A stretch of DNA of 64,000 nt from Chiloscyllium plagiosum. Its lineage: Eukaryota. A program made the translations under genes and the position numbers. Below, piece by piece: positions 37,411 to 46,770 of the stretch. Each line of letters begins with the position of its first letter. The stretch's first letter is position 1. The DNA is taken from assembly GCF_004010195.1 (NCBI RefSeq), contig NC_057720.1, forward strand, positions 17,168,603-17,232,602, in the 5' to 3' direction. Below the pieces are notes generated by a model that searched no databases, was not told the origin of the DNA, and saw only the letters and a list, made by a program, of their open reading frames with translations.

Positions 37411-40400
37411 CAAGTACAGGCATGTTGAAAAAGACAAGAGAAATCTTACTTTTGTCAGAGTCGCATAGGATTTCATTTGTGACTTTTCAGATCAGCTTCA
37501 ACACTATTGCAGAGACAGAACCCACGACTGGAGGCATACAAACATTCTAAGTTCTTTGAAAGATGAGCATGAATTCAGGAGGCACAACATATGCAAGGAG
37601 GTAACTTCAACCCTACAGTCATGATGGAATTATTTTTCAGATACTGGATAGAAGGAAACTGACAGGCAAAGAAGAGACAGCAAAGCATTTTTACATTGTA
37701 ATCAAATTTTCAAAGGTTTAAGGAGGAGGGCAGGTTAGAGTTAAGGTAATCACTTGCAACTTGAAGGTCAAGTATACTAAGGATAACTGCCATCATCATC
37801 CCAAGGACTGAGATAGGGTCTGTACGTAATCATACAAAAATGAGGATAAGGATGCCAGCTGCTTCTGTATGCCAAGTAAGCATTTCTCTGGCTGCAAGAT
37901 TCATGCTGAAACTGTCTGGAACTTGACTCCCATGGAGGAGATATACTGAGGAAAGTTCTATTTAGAAATTTTCCATGTTTACCAAAAGGCTCAAAATGAC
38001 TGAAATGGAGCTTATTGCATAGTTCTTCAGACTCTTTTTTTTGTGTGTTCTCATCAGTTGGCTGTCTGGAAAGGGTAGAGATGAAGCCCTTTCAGACTCA
38101 GGTGTTCAACTTCTGAGAAAACGATGGAAGGACAAAAAACCAAAGACCAATATTTTTCACCAGCGTAATGTGCTTTCTATCTGGAAAATATTTTTTGAGA
38201 GTCTTCCATATGCCTAACTGAAAGGGCTAGTCATCGGCATCTTTGATACCTTTCCAGTACTTTGGGCATTCTGCCTGAATGATTGTGGGCGACATGTCTG
38301 CCTCGAATTTTCCTTTCCAAGAAGCTTGTCCAAAAAATGCTGCAAATCCAGTCCATTCGTAAAGACTAGACAGCATGAAAAGAGATGTTTCTAACACTGA
38401 CTTAGCTGAACGATATCTACGTCTCAACCTAAAACATCTTCATACATTGGACTGAGGGTGTAAAAAATACCCACTAAGATGATCATTGGCAAAATAACTT
38501 TACTCTCCATTGATTATTAGGATGTGGAAGGCAAAAAAACCTTTGAGACAGTGCTAGAAAATAGATATAATATTGAGTACATTTTCATTAATTGTAATCA
38601 GCTAATTTTGATTTATAATGTGTATAATCGAGAGCAGTTCATTCAAACAGGTTTCTCATAACATTATCCATGTTCTGCTGTGCTTTTCTTAAAAACCTTG
38701 TTTACCTACCAGGTGCCCAAATAATTTGTTATGAAACGTGAATTTCTGCAGACTTTCATACTTAAAGTTTGGATATCTACATTTAAGCCTCAATGAGCAA
38801 AAAAAAGCATAGGTATTTGAGATACTGTAGACTTAAAATTATTTGATTATAAATGAAGCATATATACTGAAGCTCTAATTAGAATCTGCAGAATTTATTC
38901 CTGGACAAGCTTTTCTTAGACAAACTGAGGCTGTGACTCTAGAAAAGTCATTAGATTGCTATAATTTGTTTTGTAGCTCAGGTACTAAATTTCAGCATAA
39001 ATCTGCTAGAGGTTTTCCAAACCTCTTAAGAATACAATGCCAATTTGACTCACTTGGTAGCAACTTTGTTTCTCAAAGTCAAAAGGTTACAGGTTTCAGT
39101 CCCACTTTGCACAGAGAACTACCCTTCAATGCAATACTATCGTTGGGTAAACACATGTTATCTTACATTACTGTTTACAGGAAGATCATTTCCATTGTCA
39201 TGGCCAATATTTTCTCCTCAACTAACACCAGCAAAAATGTTAACTGGTTGGTTAGTCCAATGCTGGGACTATTCAAAATAGTAAACAAATTAATCTGCAC
39301 AGCAACAAGTGAATACACTGCAAAGGATTTTTATTATATTGAAGTGTTTATAAAAAGGGAGATGTGACTCGGTGCTATATATCAAGCTCTGCTGTTCCAT
39401 TTCCAACATCAATTATCTTTAACCAAGATGAGTATATGAACAACTTCGATGCAAATTTACTTCAGGTAGAAACCTTCAGCTGAGAAAAATAAAAGAGATG
39501 CATTTACTAATTTATACTGGATTTAAATCCAGGACCCAATTCTTCAAGGTGTATTTGACAGGATGTCCCAAAATATCCATACATCTGAGCTTTCTCTCTT
39601 TCAGGATGATTCATCAATTTGGCTTGGACAGCACAGAATCATACATTTAGTTTTGAGCTTGTAAATATGTCAGAATCTAGCCTGTGTTACTTGCAGAAAT
39701 TGATTTTCTCAGTTCTTTCTGATTCTGACAGAGACTGTATTATTATAATTCAGCAAAGTTATACCTCAGTCTCACTCACAAAGCTTCAAGGACAGTTTGG
39801 AATTAATGCCAAAATGTGTCTCTATGCATGCATGGATGACGGAGTCATTGCCTAGGCAGGTATTAGCATTCCTAATTGCCCTGGATCTGTTTCATGAACA
39901 GCTATAGTCCTTGGATGTAGAAAGACTGGATTGTGACCCAGCAATAGTTAAGAAATGGCAATGTTGTTCCACAGGATGAGTGTGAGACTTGGAGTGAAAA
40001 TTGAAGATGGTATTCCCATGCATTTGCTGTCTTTATCTTTCTACATTATATAGATTGTGGATTTGGAAGGTGCTGTTGAAGCAGTAATGCAGTGCATCTT
40101 ATAGTATGAACTGCTGTTAAATGTGCATTGGTGGTGAAAGGAGTGAATTTTGGAGGTAGCAACAGAATGTCAAATAAATAGTTTCATTCTGCTGGATGGT
40201 TTCAAATTCGTTGAAGCTGCAAACATCCAGTCAAGTAGAGACCGAATCATCGCACCCCTGATTAGAGCCTTGTAGACTGAGCAGACCTTGGTGAGACAGG
40301 TGTGTTAGTCAATGTAGAATTCCTAATCTTTGATCTGCTCTAGGAGCCACAGTATTTTTATGGCTGGTCAAATTAAGTCTCTGGTCAATGGTAACCCCTC

Positions 40401-40710
40401 TCCCCAGAATATTAATAGTATTCAATGGTGATGCCACTGAATGTAAAGATGACTATTCCCTCGCTGGAAATAGTCATCACTCTGCACTTGTGCAGAATGA
40501 ATGTTGTTTGTCAGTGATTCAAGCCCAGGATGTTGTAGATCTTGGTGCATAAAAACACTTAGGAAATAGGAGCAGGAATAGGCCATTCATCCCTATAAGC
40601 CTGCTCCACCATTTAATGACTATGGCTGATCAAACACTTACAGTCAGAGAGATATACAGCACAGAAACAGACCCTTAGGTCACTTCAATGCTTTTCACTC
40701 ACACAATCCC

Positions 40711-41432
40711 TGTTATGAATGTGTAGAAGTGTACTGTATCTTTAACAAAATTAAAAGCTAGCAGAACTCTCTGACAAAACCAAGAGTTCTGAACAAGATA
40801 CAATGTAACCTTTTGGTCCAGCTGGAGTAGCTGGTTGCCTGGAGACAAAAACAAATTTGAATTCGGTCAATCAGTTTAAATTATACCCCCCAAAAAAAAA
40901 CCAAACTCCAATCAGGTTTGCATTTAGTATATTGACAATATTAAAAGCCAATGAAACAATCCAATCCTTTGTAGGTATAAGACCAGGAAAAATGAACAGT
41001 TGGAGAGAACTGCCAAAAGGCCAACAGATGTAGATTGCTATTAAGAATTCAGAGGTATCTGTCAAGAGAAAGAGTTTGCACAGAGCCAAAAACATTGACA
41101 AAGACCTGGAGAGCAAATCTACAGAGGAAGATACAAAGGGAAGATGCGACAGCTGCCTGGTTTTAAAATTTGAGTTTTTGGTAAATCTTAACCAGGGGTT
41201 TTGTTAGACGATTATTATTAAAGGGAAAGTAAAGGATAGATTAGGAGGAAGGAGTTGTAAATAGTTGTTACTTAATTATTCTCTGTTAGACTTTTAAGTA
41301 AAAATAAAGTTGTTAAATTTTACTTTAAAAATAGTTCTTGGCCTCTCGAATTTTCAGATTACCACATGGGATAAATCTTTTCTGCGTTGCTCGTTTAAAA
41401 TTAGCAGTAGGAGTTTACCCTGTGTCATAACA
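40711..41432 (+). mobile_element. solo LTR (722 bp)
   Basis: Ends TGTTATGA...TCATAACA (8 bp inverted termini, TG..CA). CCAAT at 40908, 40948 and 40961, TATAA at 40976, AATAAA at 41303. It interrupts a CR1 tail; flanks are atccc / aaccc. Confidence 0.8.
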
Positions 41433-41556
41433 AACCCTTTACAGCACTGATAATCAAAAGGTTATCAATGTCTACTTAAAACATACTTAAAGACTTAGCT
41501 TCTACAGCCTCTGGGGTAGACAATTCCAAAGATTTCCAACCCTTTGAGTAAAAAAG

Positions 41557-41586
41557 CAAACAAACAAACAAACAAACAAACAAACA
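41557..41586. repeat. (CAAA)n microsatellite
   Basis: caaacaaacaaacaaacaaacaaacaaaca. Confidence 0.9.
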
Positions 41587-41659
41587 TTCTCCTAAGTGAC
41601 ATCCCCCTTATTTTCAAATTGTGCCCAGTTTCTAGAATCCCTGACCAAGGGAAATATTG

Positions 41660-41865
41660 GAGGAGAAAGTGAGGGCTGCAGATGCTGGAGATCAGAGCTG
41701 AAAATGTGTTGCTGGAAAAGCGCAGTAGGTCAGGCAGCATCCAAGGAACAGGAGAATCGATGTTTCGGGCACAAGCCTGAAGAAGGGCTTGTGCCCGAAA
41801 CGTCAATTCTCCTGTTCCTTGGATGCTGCCTGACCTGCTGCGCTTTTCCAGCAACACATTTTCAG
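41660..41865. mobile_element. fold-back Penelope-derived element, family A, young copy
   Basis: Near-perfect inverted arms (ctgaaaatgtgttgctggaaaagcgcag / ctgcgcttttccagcaacacattttcag). Perfect 14 bp TSD caagggaaatattg at 41646-41659 and 41866-41879. Confidence 0.88.
41777..41808 (+). ncRNA. minimal hammerhead ribozyme core
   Basis: CTGAAGA-a-GGGC ttgt GCCC-GAAAC-GTC: canonical core and GUC triplet, palindromic ACGT helix III. The 5' arm of stem I is lost at the inversion junction. Confidence 0.6.
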
Positions 41866-42098
41866 CAAGGGAAATATTGTACCTCTATCTATCCTGTCTA
41901 TCCCTTTAATTATTTTGTGGGTTTCAATGAGTCTGTCATATTCTTCAAAACTCCAGATAATACAAGCCCAGTTTTCCCAATCTTTCTTCACAGGACAGTC
42001 CTACCATCTTGGAAACAAGTTGGTAAATTTTTGTTACATTCCTTCTATGGCAATATCATCTTTCTTGAGATAAGGAATACTAACACTGCTCACAATAT

Positions 42099-42231
42099 CA
42101 AGAGTATGGTGCTTGAAAAGCACTGGTCAGGCAGCATACAAGGAGTAGGAGAATCAACGTTTCGGGCAACGATTCATCAGGAATCTTAGCGCTCATCAGC
42201 CCTCCAGCATTTGCAGCCCTCACTTTCTCCT
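42099..42231. mobile_element. family A Penelope-derived element, internally deleted
   Basis: Perfect 14 bp TSD actgctcacaatat at 42085-42098 and 42232-42245. Confidence 0.8.
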
Positions 42232-44776
42232 ACTGCTCACAATATTCCAGGTATGGTCTAACCAAGCTCCTATTCAACTGGAGCAAGAGTTCTTTGTTCC
42301 TGTATTCAAAACTCTTGTAATAAAGGCCAACATTCCATTAACCTTCCTAAGACCTAGCTGAACCTATGTGTCACCCCTCATTGACAAAGTCACCCCAGTC
42401 CCTTTGCATATGTACACTTTTCAAACTCTCACCATTTATGAAATACTCTGCAATCTGTTCTTCCTACCAAAGTGGACAGCCTAATTTTTCATAATATAGT
42501 TAGTCTGCCATATTCTTGCTTGTCCAAACCTTCCTGAAAACATGCTACATCTCCCTCACAACAACTCATTCCTGCTTAGCTTTGTGTCATATACATATTT
42601 GAAATCAATATGGTCCCATGCCCAAATTATTAATATTGATTATGAACAGCTGGGGCCCAAATACTAATCCTTGTGGTACCCAACTCGGTACAGTCTGCCA
42701 ACAGAAGAATTTATTCCTCCTGTCTTCTGTCTGTTAGCCAATCATTAACCCATGCCAGTACATTACCTCCTATAATGTGCTTTAACTTTGCACAAAAAAA
42801 CCTCCTGCGGGGCAGCTTATCAAACAACTCTGAAAATCCAGATGAACTATGATCATTGAATCCTCTATCAATTTTGTAACATCCTCAAAACAGATCCAAT
42901 AAGCTTGTCAAATGTAATTTTCTATTTGCAAATTTATGCACTCTTTTTATTCATGTCTCCTTTTTTTTTTACATTCTTTACATTTGGGAAATTGCTGAAA
43001 TATACCACAGTTGCAAGCCGAACAAGGTTTATTGTGCCCTTTTTCTGTGCCTCTCCCTTCTTTCTTAAAAAGTGGGGTAACATTTGCAAACTTTAAATCT
43101 GCAGAAATTACTGCAGGTTCGATAGAATTTTGGAAAATGATCACCAGTACATCGATGATTTTTATAGACACTTCTTTAAATACTCTGGTTTATAGGCTCT
43201 TGGGGATTTACCAACTTTCAACCCTATTAATATCTCCAGTACAACTTTCTGATTTGTACAATTTCCTTCAACTTCTCATTTTCTTCGGTCATACAAAATC
43301 TATTTTTCAAAAGAATATATATTCTATAACTTGGCATCCATAGACTTTGTGGTGGAGAATTCCGCTGGCTCAGTGTCCCCTGACTGAAGTAATTTCTCCT
43401 AATTTCAATCTAAAATGGTCTCCCGCAAATCCTAAGACTATGTCTCTTTGTCTAAAACTCCCAGTCAGAGGAAACATCATCTCTGCATCCAGACAATCCA
43501 CACCTATCAGAATTGTATAGGTTTCATTGAGATCCCCTCTTATTCTTCTAAACACCTGTGCATTCAGGCAGAATCCCCCAATTTCTCCTCATGTGACAAA
43601 TCTGCCATCCCAGAAGTCAGTATGGTGAATCATTGCTGCACTCCCTCTATGGAAAGTATATCTTTTCTGAGACAAGGAAATCGAAACAGCAAAACTCCAG
43701 CTGTGATCACCAAGACCCTGCATCGGGCCAATCAGGATTCCTTGCGCCTGTTTGCAATCCCTCTTGCGATGAAGGCTAACCTACCAATTGCCTTTCTAAC
43801 TGCTTGCTGCACACTTGTTTTCAATGACCAGTGCACAAGGAAATCCAAGTTTTTTTCTTTTATATCAAGCTTTCCCAATCTATCACCATTAAAACAATAT
43901 TCCCTTTAAGCTGGATGGCTGCGCTCCCCATTTGGCATACCAACGCTGCTCCCGGTTTCAGAAGTGGCTGCTGCGCATGGGACTCAAAGATTTATGCAGA
44001 AGAAAGAAGAGTGGCAACTTAGTATTTAAGTGATACTCTGCCATTCTGTTTTTCCTTCCAAAGGAACAACTTCACATTTATCCATAAGGCCATGCAATTG
44101 CCCACTCATTTAGCTTGTCCAAAATCACCCTGAAGCCTCTTTAGGTCTTCTTTACCACTCTCAACCCACACAGCTTTGTGTTGTCAGCAAATTTAGAAAT
44201 ACTACACTGTTGGAGATCTCATTGATACGTACTATGAACAGTTGGAGCCCAGGCACTGATCCTTGCAATACCCCACAAATCATGATCTTCCACTCCAGAA
44301 GGATCCATCTATTTCAATTCTGTTTCCTCTATGCTAACCATTTCCAATCCAGTACATTAACACCAATCGCATTTGCTTTGATGTCGCACAATAATCTCTT
44401 ATGATAGGACATTACTAAAAACGTTCTGAAAATGAAAACACATGACACATACTCATTCTCCTTCATCTATTCTTCTAGTTACATACTTAAAAAACGCACA
44501 ATAACTCGAGCAAACATGATTTATGTTGACTCTGTAATACCATTGGTATTCACATCCTTTATAATAGATTCCAACATATTCCCTACCATAGTCAGTAATT
44601 CCTGGTTTCCATCCTCTCACTTAAAAGTAGTGGAGCTTATGTTTACCACTCTGCAACCTCCTGAAACTGTTCCAAAATCCACAGGATTCTGAAAGATGAT
44701 AAACAACACACTCACTTTTCCATGGCCACCTCCTTTAGTATTCTGGGGTGTAGATTGTCAGGCAGTAGGAATTTAT

Positions 44777-45375
44777 CCCATTAATTTTGTGAGCAATTTG
44801 TGTTTTTAAAATATTAATTTCTTTCAAATCCTCATTTTCAAAAGGCCCTTGCTTGCCTCGCACATTCGGGAAATTTCTTGTGTCTTCTGTGAAGACAGAA
44901 CAAAAGTAGTTTCCATTTTGAAACAAAAACAGATATTGCTGGTGAAACTCAGCAGGTCTAACCAAGTCATTGAATGTATTTAAGACAGACATAGATATAG
45001 GTTCTTGATTAGTAAAGGGATAAGGGTTACAGTGAGAAGGCAGCAGAATGAGGTTGAGAAATATTTCAGCCATGATCAAATGGCGGAACAGACTCAATGG
45101 ACCGATTGGGGTAATTCTATTCCTACATCTCATGGGTCTTTTGATGAGTCATTGAACTCGAAATGTTAATTCTGTTTTCTCCTCACAGATGGCGCCAGAC
45201 CTGTCGAGTTTCACCAGCAATTTCACTTCTTATTTCAAAACAGCAACTACTTTTGTTCTGTCTTCACAGAAGAAGACACAATGAACTTCCCAGAAGTGCA
45301 AGGCAAGTAAGGGTCTTTTGCGAATGAGAAGTTGAAGGAAATTAATATTTTTTAGAGAAGTGCTAACAAAATGGG
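44777..45375. repeat. long imperfect inverted repeat (arms about 44777-44959 and 45197-45375)
   Basis: tgtgaagacagaacaaaagtagtt / aactacttttgttctgtcttcaca; ttgctggtgaaactc / gagtttcaccagcaa; aaaatattaatttc / gaaattaatatttt. Confidence 0.85.
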
Positions 45376-45499
45376 AGTGAAAACTGAAAACCCCACATAT
45401 CAGAACTGGTTCACAACTGGTTCTTAGTGGAGCTGGCTTCTTGTTGTGCACAATGATTAAATAAAAAGCAGCCACATTTAGAAGAATTGTTCAACTTAC

Positions 45500-45637
45500 A
45501 TGGAACAAACGCTGTACTCCTGGTGCCAGTCTTTCTGCCTTTACGATCCACAGCACAGGTCTGGGAGAATTCAGCACAAATACCAAAGGCTTCTGATGGA
45601 CTTCAACAGAGAAAATGGGTCTCAAATTCAATGTCAC
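45500..45637 (-). CDS. TGFBR3: TGF-beta receptor type III (betaglycan) coding exon, equivalent to human exon 4 (orphan domain)
   Basis: 138 bp, acceptor ttcttcttcacttcatccccaaag|GTG, donor CAT|gtaagt, phase 0/0. Translates VTLNLRPIFSVEVHQKPLVFVLNSPRPVLWIVKAERLAPGVQRLFH, matching betaglycan VTLHLNPI...VFLLNSPHPLVWHLKTERLA.GV.RLF. Confidence 0.93.
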
Positions 45638-46432
45638 CTTTGGGGATGAAGTGAAGAAGAAATGTCATTTATTTTGTGTAGAAAGTTTGTTCTTACATGT
45701 AACATTCATTGCACAGTTTTAGGCGAGTTTCATTAGTGATACTATTGTCAATGGTTAGTCAACTAGTTATCTGCCTTCAGCTTAATTATTGATTATCTTT
45801 GTCAATGGTTAATAATTATACAAACCAGTAAAATCAATACTGCTTTCAAACAGTATTGTCTACATAAATATGTTAATAAATAAAATGGTCAGAAGTTTAT
45901 GGAGGTCTTAGTGATGTGCGCTATGGCAAGATATGTGGCAGAATTGAATGACAAGTGCAGTAGGGCCCAGTTCAAAGTCAAAATCATTTCTCTCCCATAT
46001 ATTATGCTTTTCACAATTGGTGTGGTGAGTATCTCGCAAAACAGGATGCTGGCTCCTCCATCTGCCATTTCGAGGACTAATGTCCAAGAATGTAAAAGGC
46101 AGTTCTGAACTGTCTGTGTCTACAAATTATGAAGAAATGAAGAATGTTACTGATTCAGTATTATATTTCAAACTAACTTTGTTATGAACTATTTCCTTCT
46201 CATTGCCAAGTTGCTCAATTTTTCACAAAACAAAATGGATGTCACTGCTCCCAGATACCTTGCTATGGTCAACGTTTCTTTCACAATCTTTACAGTTCTA
46301 TAGTAAATTTTCTTATTTTGATGACCAACTCACCAAGGAGGGAACCTACAGTGTGGCATATAATTAACGTGTGCACTGGAACACAGGTAGGCCATTCAAC
46401 CCCTTGAGCCTGCTCTGCCATTCATCAGTTTT

Positions 46433-46770
46433 GGGGCAGCACGGTGGCACAGGGGCAGCACGGTGGCACAGTGGTTAGCACTGCTGCCTCACAGCGCCTG
46501 AGACTCGGGTTCAATTCCCGCCTCAGGCGACTGACTGTGTGGAGTTTGCGCATTCTCCCCGTGTCTGTGTGGGTTTCCTCCGGGTGCTCCAGTTTCCTCC
46601 CACAGTCCAAAGATGTGCAGGGTCAGGTGAATTGGCCATGCTAAATTGCCCGTAGTGTTAGGTAAGGGGTAAATGTAGGGGTATGGGTGGGTTTCGCTTC
46701 GGTGGGTCGGTGTGGACTTGTTGGGCCGAAGGGCCTGTTTCCACACTGTAATATAATCTAATCTAATCTA
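46433..46770 (+). mobile_element. HE1-type V-SINE, young, with duplicated 5' end, inserted in a minus-strand CR1 3' fragment (about 46370-47420)
   Basis: ggggcagcacggtggcaca x2, A/B boxes, V-domain, retained CpGs, (ctaat)n tail. Confidence 0.92.

Larger units (their letters stand above)
40555..44900 (-). mobile_element. stack of minus-strand CR1 LINE relics with nested insertions
   Basis: Reverse CR1 tail at 40560 (ggaaataggagcaggaataggccatt). ORFs 42947-43171 (ANVTPLFKK) and 43370-43555 (RRIRGDLNETY.IL) are CR1 ORF2 pieces. Confidence 0.8.

Noticed and set aside
41596..42189. Longest ORF (197 aa)
   Set aside because: It spans two Penelope-derived inserts and antisense CR1 sequence, so it is a composite chance ORF.
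46452..46530. tRNA genes suggested by A/B boxes
   Set aside because: All such boxes are SINE heads continuing into V-domain or other SINE bodies, with no complete cloverleaf.
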